64,000 nt of DNA from Candidatus Bathyarchaeia archaeon (GTDB taxonomy: Archaea; Thermoproteota; Bathyarchaeia; 40CM-2-53-6): assembly GCA_049513715.1 (NCBI GenBank), contig JBEKVV010000001.1:576001-640000 (forward strand). Direction: 5' to 3'. Under the pieces are notes generated by a model that saw only the letters and a program-made list of their open reading frames with translations, did not search any database and was not told the origin of the DNA. The stretch's first letter is position 1. Every line of letters begins with the position of its first letter. Below, piece after piece: positions 48,429 through 58,813 of the stretch. Made by a program: the position numbers and the translations under genes.

Positions 48429-49352
48429 TCATGTTAGGCCGATGGAATTGCAGAGACTTTCTCTGTAAATAGACTCTGTGAGCTGCTGACATCGATGAAG
48501 GAACTCGTTTTCGTCGGTTGGTTTGTTCCCTCCGTGGAATATTTGATTTCTCACCACGAATAGACAAAGGCCAACCAATCTTAATGTGGACCTGACGTCC
48601 GACTTTCTCGCAAGATCGTTTAGCTCATCACTGTAGTTCTTCTGGCCGTGCCAGTCTGTCAATCCCCGCGAACCAGTTCTTTGACAGTTTGGTCGTAGAC
48701 TCTAAGGATTTCCTTAATCGGTGCTCGGATGTGCGTTGATGAGATTCCCAATTGCAGTCAAATCGCCCTTCTTTTGTGGATCGAAAATGCCATAAAACGA
48801 GTTGAACGCAATCCACTGCATCACGAAACTGTCAACGGCATTGTCCGCATCTCTTGCTTTCCTAAACCATCCTATACTTCTCTCAATCATGGGACCCTCT
48901 TTATGCGCTTGCAGTTTCTTCATGAACCTGGCTAATGCCTCAAAGTTTGCGATTGGAAGTAACAGGCGAATCGAGAACGACGAAAATGGACTTTATGAAG
49001 CTAGAATTCTCCGAACTTCCTTTTCCGTAAGATTACCTTCCTCGATTGTTCGGTCGGGCAGAAAGTAAGAGAGCCTTTTCGGGTCCAAGCAACGCCCTTC
49101 ATAAAGAGCATAATGAATCGTGTTTCTATGTTTGATAGCGTAATCTTGTGCTCTCGTGACTTCTGTTGTCCCTGCCGCTACCATAGCATCCTTGCCGGTG
49201 GCTTGGGTTCTCGCAAGCTTCAGATACAATCTATCGACAAGCGCCATCATCTCGTGCATTTTTTGTTTGGCTTCTGGATCGCCGGTGTCCACCCATCGTG
49301 TCAACTCCAGCGATTCATTTGGCGTGTTTTTGAATGCCACAATTACGGGCAC
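48429..49352 (-). pseudogene. Disrupted ApeA-like HEPN gene
   Basis: In-frame TAA at 48993-48995, frameshifts near 48715 and 48665; SIGWFRKA..FVMQWIAFNSFY and RNQIFHG (RxxxxH). Confidence 0.65.
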
Positions 49353-49416
49353 AAGGTTCCACCTATCTTCCTCTAATTATTATAGCACGGATTAGCAAAA
49401 TAAATCAGCAGGTAAC

Positions 49417-50553
49417 ATGTTGAGCGATGACAGGCTAAGGGAGCGTATTGCCCTTATCACACGTTATTTCTGGTTGGATGACCTATTCAAGATAGGAAAC
49501 GAACTCAATTTAGATTATTTCAGGAAGTATTCGAGTCCATGGGAGACAAACCAGTATCAAGCGGCAACTGAGATTGCGAGAAACATAGATGATGACAAGC
49601 TGATCGGATTATGCAAGAAGTATGTGCCGAAATACGGACTTTCATTGGGTGGGTTCCATGGGAAATACTACACGGCGTCGACAACCGGCGAACTGAGGCT
49701 TCAGGATTCGTGGGAACTCATTCGTAAGAATGTCCGAAAGGCGTTGAGCAAATGGAGTGACCAGTCGTACGGTACCCTCCAGGCCCTGATAAACAAGAAC
49801 GGAAAAGCTGCTTACTTCGATCTATTAGATGAGATCGAAAAGGTTCTGGGTTATGAGTTCACTCCTTCGTATCTTCTTCCAAGGCTGAGACCGCTCAATC
49901 TCGTCTTCAAGACTGGCAGTAACAAGTATCCTGAGTGGACCATGCCGTCCGAAATCATTCCTGTTGTCGAAGAAGAAATTCACGGCTTCAAACGACCATC
50001 TCAGCCCTCTCATGGGAAACGGTCGTTCAGCGAGAGTTTGCTGAAGCAACTCAGAGAATTCGATTCCCTTGGAAACGGCATAGTAGATGCGAGAAGAAAT
50101 CTGAACGTAGTCTTCGAGCGCAGGTTTGGTACTGCCCTGTTGAAGCAGAATGAAATGGCAACAAACGATTTGAGAAAGCCCTGTAGTAACGAGGAAGAGT
50201 TCAACAACAGAATCCTTACACTCGCTTTACTCATCGATGGAATTGAAGCAGACAGGATTTCAAAATTAGTCAAAAGCGGCACACAAGGTGGGTCGGTGAA
50301 CCTGCTAGAGAAATTTCTAGAGGAGCACGTGGAACAATATGACAAGACTGCCATCAAGAATCTAAGGATGACAGTAACCCTGCGCAGCAAAAGATATCCA
50401 GTCCACAAGGACGACCCTCAGTATCTGAATGCACTGAGTTACTTTGGATTCACGGAGTTGCCACCGGACTGGCAAGATCTGTGGGAGACTCTTCTGAACA
50501 GATACCTGGAAACTCTTCAGTCACTCATTAGCTCCATCATCCGGATTCAGTGA
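49417..50553 (+). CDS. Hypothetical protein, possible C-terminal HEPN-like domain
   Basis: 378-aa ORF; LRSKRYPVH in a helical C-terminal domain. Confidence 0.65.
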   Translation: MLSDDRLRERIALITRYFWLDDLFKIGNELNLDYFRKYSSPWETNQYQAATEIARNIDDDKLIGLCKKYVPKYGLSLGGFHGKYYTASTTGELRLQDSWELIRKNVRKALSKWSDQSYGTLQALINKNGKAAYFDLLDEIEKVLGYEFTPSYLLPRLRPLNLVFKTGSNKYPEWTMPSEIIPVVEEEIHGFKRPSQPSHGKRSFSESLLKQLREFDSLGNGIVDARRNLNVVFERRFGTALLKQNEMATNDLRKPCSNEEEFNNRILTLALLIDGIEADRISKLVKSGTQGGSVNLLEKFLEEHVEQYDKTAIKNLRMTVTLRSKRYPVHKDDPQYLNALSYFGFTELPPDWQDLWETLLNRYLETLQSLISSIIRIQ

Positions 50554-50655
50554 AATTCTGCACTGTGAAATTGTGGCATGAAATCCAACGAACGCTCATT
50601 ATACTCACTGTAGATGATGAGTATATGCGAGAAGAATCGAAGGGAGGGGTCCAAC

Positions 50656-51402
50656 ATGTCCGCATTACCTTACAATGCTTGGGTTGACGAAGACAAGTAC
50701 ATGCTAGAAATGGCGAGGATGCACAAGCTACAGCCGAAGCTCGATGTCATAGACGTACTGCGAGAGGAGTTTGATGGATTGAAGGCTGACACGAATTACA
50801 AGCCTGGATTCATAATGGAGAGAAGGTCGTGGCTGGTTGCCTCGCTCTCGGCGCAAATACTCGCTCTCTCATTGGAATTGACGGATGATCTTGCAGCGGT
50901 GTGCTTGGCGTACCTAGAGACCTTGGACAGGCGGGACACCGCATTCATCGAACATCTTTCAACTTTCACGTCAAAGGATGGGCATCGGTTCTACGAGACG
51001 GTTTCGAAGGACGTCAACGAGGCGGCGAAAGCAGTTGGTTTTGACCCAGAATCCGCACCTTCTCATGAAATTGAAATCGTGAGGCAGAAGTTTGTTGAAA
51101 TTAGGGACATGAGAGACCTGTTCTGGGGCTGGTACATCGGTTACAAGCATGGGCAATTTGCGACGCCAATAGTTCTGACATTTAGCGCTCCGGGGACCGA
51201 GCCGAAACAAGAATGGGGGCTCTACCTTATTCCGCGACCGTTCAGGAGGGACGCGATAACCGGGAAGTTGCACACGGAAGACCGATTCATCAACACTGTC
51301 GACAATGTGGGAGCATTTCATAAAACGGCGGTCGAATGCGTCAGTCTGTCAATACAGACTAGAGACCGACAGTATCCGAAAATATACGGAACGTGGACTT
51401 AG
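50656..51402 (+). CDS. Hypothetical protein, possible HEPN variant
   Basis: GGAGGG SD; helical protein with YIGYKHG. Confidence 0.6.
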   Translation: MSALPYNAWVDEDKYMLEMARMHKLQPKLDVIDVLREEFDGLKADTNYKPGFIMERRSWLVASLSAQILALSLELTDDLAAVCLAYLETLDRRDTAFIEHLSTFTSKDGHRFYETVSKDVNEAAKAVGFDPESAPSHEIEIVRQKFVEIRDMRDLFWGWYIGYKHGQFATPIVLTFSAPGTEPKQEWGLYLIPRPFRRDAITGKLHTEDRFINTVDNVGAFHKTAVECVSLSIQTRDRQYPKIYGTWT

Positions 51403-51514
51403 AAGGATGAAATGAAAAGCGGCTTGAAGCCTATTGTGGGAGAGAACAGGTGGACACCGATCTTGGCAAGGAATTGGCAAAGAACCTCGAACTGACACGG
51501 CGGTTATGTGTGGA

Positions 51515-51715
51515 ATGAATGCGAAACTGAAGTTCGACATTCAACGAATGGACGGAATTATTAAAAACATAACTTTCCTGTACGGTTCAGAGGCAATCAT
51601 TTTGCAGAATAGCAAATTCGACCCCAAGTTTGACTATGACTTTCGCGAAGCCCTCGGCGAGCTAAATCGGCAGTTCATGGTCCTGAGAAAAGACATACAG
51701 ACCATGACCAATTAG
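51515..51715 (+). CDS. Small hypothetical protein
   Basis: MNAKLKFDIQRMDG... protein-like composition. Confidence 0.3.
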   Translation: MNAKLKFDIQRMDGIIKNITFLYGSEAIILQNSKFDPKFDYDFREALGELNRQFMVLRKDIQTMTN

Positions 51716-52371
51716 GAGTGAGCGTTACACGCCCACGAAAGTCGGTTACCGCAGGGCGATCTACACTGGCGAATATCCGCGAATTGACGCAATACTGTCA
51801 GAAAGTTTGGATGATATTCGTGCCGAAACTTGTAAGAGGGCGGTTCGACTGCCGATGACAAATCGTTTTTCGAAACCGCATCGGATTTAGCCTTAACGTT
51901 GATTGTCCGCGATCGCGACAAAACGTTGAAAAGAATCAGAAGTCGACCCAAGAGTTCTGAAAGCCCATGTCATCCACGGGTTAAGAGAGCGTGGAATACG
52001 GGAGTAATAGCCATCGGTCCACAGCCTTTGGCGGACCTTGTCGTAGAACCCCAAGGGGGGATTGTTGGAGAAACGAGTCTTGGTCTAAGACTTCTGCCTT
52101 TGCTTAGACCAATCGTGATATGCTCCTAGCTGTCTCTCAATTAAGAAGTTGCCCGATCATGGAAAATGTTATGACAGTATTCGTTCTTTGAGTCTTGATG
52201 AAGCGTATTCTTGAAACCATTCTTTGAGCTTTCTGAACTACAGAGCGAGGTAGAACGACTCAAGGCCAAACAATTGTACAAAGAAAAGGGAATCTGGCAA
52301 TACGAAAGACACATGAGCAAAGTAAGGACCAAGAATCCCTGAAGTTTGAAATAACGAAGGCGGGACGATTT

Positions 52372-54843
52372 ATGAACCGGCGACACGAATCAAGTTTCCG
52401 AATACGTTCTCGCATACAGGCCTGGCGCCGGATGATGCATGGCCGGTTGCAACTCGAATATGGATTAAGACTTTCGAGATCATACCGGAGAATACTGCGG
52501 AATCTGCAGGCGATTCATTTCTGGGTGTTGAAGAGAATCTGGGCAGGTCGTGAATGGAAGCGCTTCCAGCTAGAATCGATGGAAATCATTGGCAGCTTGT
52601 TGCGTGCTGTTATCGGGCAAATGCTTTTTGCAATATTACTCGTAACGGCAATGGAATTACTCGGTCCCTTCGCAGTCGCATATACGGTTCAAATCCATGT
52701 AGACTCCACGCAATACTTCGGCATACTGAGCGGACTCATCCAACTATCCGGAGTATTCATAGGGCTTTATTTCACGGCTGTTAGCGTCGTTGCAACCACA
52801 GCTTACAGAGACGCATCCGCTGGCGTGCGTTCCCTCTTGATACGTGAAAAGATAAGCAGTCGTTACTTCCGAATCGTTGCATTACTAGGCGGAACGTCAC
52901 TGATGATTCTAGTGATGCAAACTCTCGGATACCCGCCTAGTATCCTGAATCTCGCGATGGTTAGTGTTCTTGGGGCTCTGGCGATCTTCAGCTTCGTCGT
53001 CATGGGACTAAAAATGATCGACTTCTTGGACCCTTCTCAGCTCACCAGATATCTTGCTAATGAGACGATTGAATCGATCAAGTCGGTGAGTCCCTCAGGA
53101 TTCATGTGGAAAAACAATGTAATTCAGAGTCTTCACCAACGCGTGGCTGAGAGGGCACTTTCAACCTACCAAAACATCATCAAACTCGCCACATCGAGAG
53201 AGAGTCAAGTTTCAGGGATAGATCTCGCTGCTCCCGCCCTTGCAGTTCTGCGCGTATACGCTGATGCTAAACCCCGAATTCCCACTGAGAGCTACTGGTT
53301 CAAACGGTCCTACGGACATCAGGATTGGTTGACCGCAGATTTCACGCGACTAGATCTGGCGTTAAGAACTAGCACCTCCCTTCTGCCAGATCTCATTCCG
53401 AACCTATCTTGGTTTGAGAAATACCTAGGTGAGATTTTTGTGATGATTTTGAGAGCCGTCATAAACAAACAACATAGTCAGGAAATCATCGAGCTCAGTG
53501 AGTGGATCAATCAATCTCTTACAATAATGGCAGAGGACTTCGAGCTCACTGAAGCGGTGTATTTGCTGCACATTTTGAGTCCCGTGGTCCGTGGAGCCAT
53601 ATATGCAAACTCCAAAGACTACTCTCATCCTGGATTGTTGGATGCTTGGATGAGGTGGCCGATTAGCATTTTGCTCGGCTTTTCCAGAAATTTCTTGACC
53701 ATTACTTCAGAATCCATTCATCAGCAAATGAACAATATCGCTTGGGATAAACTAGAAACCCTGTATGCGACGAAAATGCCGCGCGACGCTGTCAAGAAGC
53801 TAGAGTATTTGCTAAAGACCATACAATTCGAGCAAGCAGTCGAAGGTCAAATCATTACACCTTTGTGGTACTGGGAAGAAATCATCGGTTCTTCACTTCT
53901 ACTGAGTATTTCAGAAAGTATAGAGGCACTCATTGAGATTTTCAAGATGTTTCCGACCGAAGCAGCAAGTCTCATAGAGGATAAACAATACGAACTCGCA
54001 GCCGCGGCAATACAAAGGGGATTGGAGGCATGTGAGAAGTTTGAATACCATCTTGGAAACGGAAGCCAACTTGCTGAAAGTTTGGCGGACCTTCATCGGA
54101 CTGCGGACATTCCTTGGCCAAAGCCTGACTGGAGTAAGTTCAAAGGCGAAATTGATGCCTGCCGTGGTAATCTGGCATCTTCTCTCGCTCGGGTAGTCAA
54201 CAATATCGGTCTTCTACCTCAATTGGAAGGGCAACCCGATTACTTCGGGCAAGCTTACACATTTCTCGCTGAGCAATCTTACACCGCAATGTTGACAGGT
54301 AATCATAAATTGTTTGAGCAGATTTTCCCCTCTTTCTTCCAGTCCTGTTTTATTGCCAGACAAAGAGTTATGAAACGAACAAAACCTATGGCCGGTTCGA
54401 TGGATGCAGCGCTTGTGCTGAGCACCGAACCCATCCTAGATTTACTGGAACTATCAGGATATGCAATACTGTTTTCTGAATTGGGAGACAAGGAACTCTG
54501 GCATATTACGAACAAACTATGGGATAGCTTCTTGTCTAGAGCGGCTGATTCGAAGATAAGATTGATTTCCGCTATAGCAGAGTATCGAGATGGGGTCTTT
54601 GGAGTTACACCGCGTGACTTTGTACGAACGAAATGGCAACAAACATTTGAACAAAAGCTTCGCGAATCTGGTTTGCTTAGCGAATACGGCGAACCCCTTA
54701 AGAAAGTTCACAAAAGTGCCATAATCAAAATAATAACTCGTACAGGCCACCTATTCGACCGTCCTCGTGACATATTTCAAGCTCTATATTTGTCTAGAAA
54801 GTCGAAGGCGCGGGGAATCAAATGGCGTCGAAGTGTTCAATAA
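52372..54843 (+). CDS. Large protein with N-terminal membrane domain (DUF2254-like) and long helical C-terminus
   Basis: 823 aa; 4-5 TMs including GVFIGLYFTAVS. Confidence 0.7.
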   Translation: MNRRHESSFRIRSRIQAWRRMMHGRLQLEYGLRLSRSYRRILRNLQAIHFWVLKRIWAGREWKRFQLESMEIIGSLLRAVIGQMLFAILLVTAMELLGPFAVAYTVQIHVDSTQYFGILSGLIQLSGVFIGLYFTAVSVVATTAYRDASAGVRSLLIREKISSRYFRIVALLGGTSLMILVMQTLGYPPSILNLAMVSVLGALAIFSFVVMGLKMIDFLDPSQLTRYLANETIESIKSVSPSGFMWKNNVIQSLHQRVAERALSTYQNIIKLATSRESQVSGIDLAAPALAVLRVYADAKPRIPTESYWFKRSYGHQDWLTADFTRLDLALRTSTSLLPDLIPNLSWFEKYLGEIFVMILRAVINKQHSQEIIELSEWINQSLTIMAEDFELTEAVYLLHILSPVVRGAIYANSKDYSHPGLLDAWMRWPISILLGFSRNFLTITSESIHQQMNNIAWDKLETLYATKMPRDAVKKLEYLLKTIQFEQAVEGQIITPLWYWEEIIGSSLLLSISESIEALIEIFKMFPTEAASLIEDKQYELAAAAIQRGLEACEKFEYHLGNGSQLAESLADLHRTADIPWPKPDWSKFKGEIDACRGNLASSLARVVNNIGLLPQLEGQPDYFGQAYTFLAEQSYTAMLTGNHKLFEQIFPSFFQSCFIARQRVMKRTKPMAGSMDAALVLSTEPILDLLELSGYAILFSELGDKELWHITNKLWDSFLSRAADSKIRLISAIAEYRDGVFGVTPRDFVRTKWQQTFEQKLRESGLLSEYGEPLKKVHKSAIIKIITRTGHLFDRPRDIFQALYLSRKSKARGIKWRRSVQ

Positions 54844-54899
54844 TTTACAGAATCCTTGAAGCGTGAAGAATCAGGAAATCGAAGCAGGAGGGTGTCAAG

Positions 54900-55874
54900 T
54901 TGAGCCGAAATACAGAACGAAATCTTCGCTTGTCACAGAGCTCGGTCTTCTACTACACACAAGGGCTAGACGATCCGGTCTTGAAACGGACCCCTGACTA
55001 TTCCACAGATCTCTATCCTAGCATGTTGATTACAGATGTTCAAAACGAGATCATGCCGTATACTCTTCACAAGGAGAGTAGCCTTAGCGTCTACGTTTCG
55101 CCTTCTGATCCAAGAACCGAAGAACTCGTAACAATAGCTCTCAAAAGACGTAATCATGCCTCGGACCTTCAATCAGCAGTCTCTGATTTCTTGAGAGAGT
55201 GTGTTCAAGTCATTATGACTTACGGGTTAGCCGCATACGAGGTAGCGTATCTGGTTGAAAAGAAAACAGAAACTGAGGTTGGGTTTCGATTGAGCCTAGT
55301 ACCGCCAAAGGCATTGATTCATGATGGCAAGTTGCGGCAATATGTCCCACCTGATATCGCGGAGAAGTTGAACGTATCTCAATATATCGACCTGCCAAGA
55401 GAAAACGTGTTTTTATTTGAACATCCAAGCTTCACGGCGTCAAAGATTACTCAAATGATGAACTCTTTGTCTCTTTTGAGCAAAGCTGTCCCCAGCTTGT
55501 TACTGGGAGGATTTTCTGGTACGTCGGGTAAGCCATTTGATGTAGGAGTGCCATCGCCATCTTTAGAGAAATCCGTTTTGGCGCAGGTTACAAGACTCAT
55601 TGGATGGAACGCCAGAGGCTTGTTTAATGAAGAGATTTCCGAATTCTATCAGTTTCACCGACTGCTGCTTTTCCACAAATTCGTCACTGAATTGCGAAAC
55701 GCACTACTGTCGAAAATGAACGATAGTTTCCGCGTTGCCGGAGGCAGGCTCGGATTTTCAGTCGAGCTGAGGATTGAGGGGTTACCTACAATACAAGATT
55801 TGGAAGAGGCGATATCTAGACTAACTGCTGGAGGTTACCCCTTCGGCGAATTTGTAACCAAATTCGGTGCTTGA
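54900..55874 (+). CDS. Hypothetical protein coupled to the upstream gene (weak portal-like resemblance)
   Basis: 324-aa ORF; IMTYGLAAYEV..FRLSLVPP. Confidence 0.65.
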   Translation: MSRNTERNLRLSQSSVFYYTQGLDDPVLKRTPDYSTDLYPSMLITDVQNEIMPYTLHKESSLSVYVSPSDPRTEELVTIALKRRNHASDLQSAVSDFLRECVQVIMTYGLAAYEVAYLVEKKTETEVGFRLSLVPPKALIHDGKLRQYVPPDIAEKLNVSQYIDLPRENVFLFEHPSFTASKITQMMNSLSLLSKAVPSLLLGGFSGTSGKPFDVGVPSPSLEKSVLAQVTRLIGWNARGLFNEEISEFYQFHRLLLFHKFVTELRNALLSKMNDSFRVAGGRLGFSVELRIEGLPTIQDLEEAISRLTAGGYPFGEFVTKFGA

Positions 55875-55921
55875 TGAATTGGTCAAATTCCACAAATCTC
55901 GACTCCCACGAGTTTAGCTAA

Positions 55922-56230
55922 AATCAGGCCAGAGGTATCTTTGAGAAAATTGGAGATCCATCAGCAGTAGCGAGAACACTTGAACAACTCTCCATCATTG
56001 AACACCGCAGAGGAAGGTACGATGATGCCAGACGGCTATCCAATCAGGCTAGAGAAATCTTCGAGAGACTCCAAGACTCGTCGGGAATAGCAGCAGCACT
56101 ATACCAGTTGGCGATGATAGAACACCGCAGAGGGAACTATGATGAAGCGAGTAATCTGTACAACAAAACTCTGCAGATAAGGCAGAGACTTGGTGACCAG
56201 TCGGGAATAGCCAACACTATCGGCCAACGT
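55922..56230 (+). pseudogene. Start-less TPR-repeat fragment (40-aa repeats)
   Basis: NQARGIFEKIGDPSAVARTLEQLSIIEHRRGRYDDA / NQAREIFERLQDSSGIAAALYQLAMIEHRRGNYDEA; 120-nt periodicity. Confidence 0.7.
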
Positions 56231-56258
56231 GCATTTCTAGTCTGGTCCGTGATAACGC

Positions 56259-56516
56259 TCATTTGTCACGGTTGGCCATGCGAGTGAATCTCTCTTTGGT
56301 CTTTGGGGGTGACGCGGAAGCGACCTCCGCATCGAACATTACATGGACTACCTGACCGGTTACAACAACCTCATCGTCTTTGTGAGTGATTGTGTCCAAT
56401 TCAATTTCACATGTTGGACCGTAGGATTTGCGCATGTCTGAGAGAAGCTTCCTTCGATTAGGTTCTGAGTTCTGAGATCGCAATCGGAGATCATATGGAC
56501 CGTGGCTCTCCAACAA
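56259..56516 (-). CDS. Small hypothetical protein
   Basis: Overlapping, co-oriented member of the minus-strand operon. Confidence 0.4.
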   Translation of the reverse strand: MLESHGPYDLRLRSQNSEPNRRKLLSDMRKSYGPTCEIELDTITHKDDEVVVTGQVVHVMFDAEVASASPPKTKERFTRMANRDK

Positions 56517-57027
56517 ACATTCTCTGCCTGGCTCGCTGCCTCAGAACATGCTTGTCTTTGGGCTGTGGTTTCGGTGGAACTTCAACTACCCTGTGATATC
56601 CTGCTTTCTGAAGTTTCATCAGTTCGCTCACCTTGATGAACCCTATCTCGGTGGCTTTCGCTTTGATAGCCCTGATTTCTCCCATATTGAAGTCAGGTAA
56701 TTGAATGCGGAATACGATTTCGTTTGGGAGCGATTCAATCTTCATTGAGATTATGTCGTAGTCCTCAGCGATGCTTTGGAGTCTGCGGAAGATTCGTGTC
56801 TTATCGGTTGGTTCGACAATTTCTTTCTTCTCGACTTCAGTTTGGTCGCAGGTTTCGCAGTACCATTGTAATTCCTTGATGTAGACGGGTGGAACCTTAG
56901 GCTCTGGTGCTGCTGTGTACCTGCATGACACCGCTGTTTGGGCTGTAATGGTTTTGCATTGGTTGCAGTGTCGTTTGGCGCGGAGGCTGTAGTGTTTACC
57001 GCCGTGCGTGAAGGGCATAGAAATCAT
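56491..57027 (-). CDS. Zinc-ribbon hypothetical protein
   Basis: CNQC..CETC. Confidence 0.6.
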   Translation of the reverse strand: MISMPFTHGGKHYSLRAKRHCNQCKTITAQTAVSCRYTAAPEPKVPPVYIKELQWYCETCDQTEVEKKEIVEPTDKTRIFRRLQSIAEDYDIISMKIESLPNEIVFRIQLPDFNMGEIRAIKAKATEIGFIKVSELMKLQKAGYHRVVEVPPKPQPKDKHVLRQRARQRMFVGEPRSI

Positions 57028-57410
57028 TCATCTTAGGCTTGATTTCTGTTAGGTCGGGCGGCTTCGCCAATAACTCACCCTCTTCGAGGACGTATTCTTG
57101 ATGGCACCAGTCGCAGCTCAACCCAAAAATGCCCAACTCCACTTGTAATTGGGCCTCCGCAGGTCGGACATCGGCGACTAACCGAATTCCCGAGTTCAGC
57201 TTTGCCGATTGCGGTCGTTTCACCTCTAGGATCTTTTGAAGATGGTTTTTCGGTGAATTGGTTGTCTTTGAATTGGTAAGTGCAGTTGCAAGCTCTGCAC
57301 CCAAAGTTAAACTCGTGAATCTCTGTTTTCTCCCAGCGTGTGCTGTGGCTTATCCAAGTTAACGGTTTCTGGCAGTTGGGGCATTGCGTGGATTTGTCTT
57401 CGACCTGCAA
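56996..57410 (-). CDS. Multi-zinc-ribbon protein, apparent +1 frameshift near 57132
   Basis: CPNC..CRAC..CPTC in one frame, CDWC in the next frame after GTTGGGCA. Confidence 0.5.
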
Positions 57411-57413
57411 GTG

Positions 57414-57602
57414 TCATTTCGCCCCGACAAGCCTCACAAATGCATCAAGTTTCAGAGGAACGATTTGACCGTCAATTTGCCGTTCAAACCAGCATTGGCA
57501 ACTGTCACAGCGATAAAGCGGGAATCCGTTTTGACCCAGCAAACTCAAACCGCAATACGGGCAATCCATCTTTAACCCTGATTCTTGCCGTGGCCGATTC
57601 AA
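57414..57602 (-). CDS. Small zinc-ribbon protein
   Basis: CPYCG..CDSC. Confidence 0.5.
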   Translation of the reverse strand: MNRPRQESGLKMDCPYCGLSLLGQNGFPLYRCDSCQCWFERQIDGQIVPLKLDAFVRLVGAK

Positions 57603-57701
57603 TCGAATAAGGCACAGGGTGACATCAGACCTCAGGCTCAGACATCAAGCAAAGTGAATCTCGGCAATCGCCCTAGATCTGAGTCAGGTTATTGTTCGTG
57701 A

Positions 57702-58340
57702 CTAGGATTGATACGCATACCCATCAATTTCGAAACCTGATTTGCTAAGGGCCCTGACGAAAGCACCTTTGGAAGGAGTTGACACATGCCTTCTGGCTTC
57801 TGTCCATCGTGAAAGCCAGAAATATAGCTCCGCCAGTTTTTCGTCCCGCGTTTTCCGTCCCGCGTCTTCCATTGGCTGGGCGAAATCAGGGTCCGACATC
57901 ATACCAACAATGGTTGCATCTAGATCGGTTATGATATCTGCGAAACGTAGCTTTCTCAGCAACTCAAACGGGTGTTCGCCGATTAGGATCGTCAAATAGT
58001 CTCGGACAAAGTCTCGGAACGAAGCTTTGTCAAGAACGTCCGCAGCAAGCGTGTGTCCGCCCCCCTGTTCAAGTAGTTCAATCTGAGGCAAGCGCAAAGC
58101 GCGCCGGATTGTGATGCTAATGAGCTGGTTCCAGTTTATCTCATAGTTTCTTTGCTTCCCAACCCGCTTACCTAGTCTTACGATTCTGGCTCGAATGAGC
58201 CGCTGAAGTTGGTCTATGACGCTTGGAGGCTTGAGATCTAGTTCGCTAGCGATTGTCATCGGACTGGTTTTTCCCCGGACAAGTAGAAACAGCACTTGGG
58301 AAGTGCCCGTGTTGTTCAAGGGGTCAAAAGTCGGAGGCAT
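57702..58340 (-). CDS. ArsR-like winged-HTH regulator
   Basis: SPMTIASELDLKPPSVIDQLQRL..GKQRNYEIN. Confidence 0.75.
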   Translation of the reverse strand: MPPTFDPLNNTGTSQVLFLLVRGKTSPMTIASELDLKPPSVIDQLQRLIRARIVRLGKRVGKQRNYEINWNQLISITIRRALRLPQIELLEQGGGHTLAADVLDKASFRDFVRDYLTILIGEHPFELLRKLRFADIITDLDATIVGMMSDPDFAQPMEDAGRKTRDEKLAELYFWLSRWTEARRHVSTPSKGAFVRALSKSGFEIDGYAYQS

Positions 58341-58394
58341 TGCTGATTGCCGGCATTGTCGTGAATCATTCTCGTAAATAAAGATTAGGTATAA

Positions 58395-58419
58395 GCCTTA
58401 CTGATAGCCTTAGTAAGGC
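58395..58419. promoter_or_regulatory. Palindromic operator candidate
   Basis: GCCTTACT-N9-AGTAAGGC between divergent genes. Confidence 0.5.
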
Positions 58420-58452
58420 ATATGACTAATCGATATCAGGAAGTGAGCCGCT

Positions 58453-58800
58453 TTGAGAATTCCCGTAAAAAAGGCAATTCTCTCTCGCATGAACATACTT
58501 GAAGTCGAGGCCGGGACGAACGGTTATCATGGCGGAGATTCTGGTGGGGGTAGCCGAACCTACTTAGCTTTGAGAGACCGCGGTGCGACGACATGGCGGC
58601 TCAGGGTGAGAGACCGGTGTGGAAAGGACTGGATTTTCGAGCAGCCGGTCTCAGTTGAGATTACCGTGGGTGGCGACAGCGAACTTGACACTTTTCTCGA
58701 CGCCTTGAAGTTCTCCGCTCAAGCCCTAACAGATTTACTACGCCTTGAACACGCCGACAAGCCCACGCATGACGTATTCCACGACGTCGAGGTGGAGTAG
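58453..58800 (+). CDS. Hypothetical protein of a type seen in phages/integrative elements
   Basis: EAGTNGYHGGDSGGGSRTY..GGDSELDTF. Confidence 0.6.
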   Translation: MRIPVKKAILSRMNILEVEAGTNGYHGGDSGGGSRTYLALRDRGATTWRLRVRDRCGKDWIFEQPVSVEITVGGDSELDTFLDALKFSAQALTDLLRLEHADKPTHDVFHDVEVE

Positions 58801-58813
58801 TGGATTGTCGAGT

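Noticed and set aside
51850..52330. Minus-strand protein-like stretch with several stops
   Set aside because: Possibly a decayed gene, but no family could be recognised
48993..54843. TAA reassignment suggested by two in-frame TAA codons
   Set aside because: Core genes such as mtaD, pfdB and gar1 terminate at TAA; nonsense decay is simpler
57125..57160. Hairpin GCCCAATT/AGTTGGGC at the zinc-ribbon frameshift as an intron
   Set aside because: Flanks do not form a BHB; one extra G suffices
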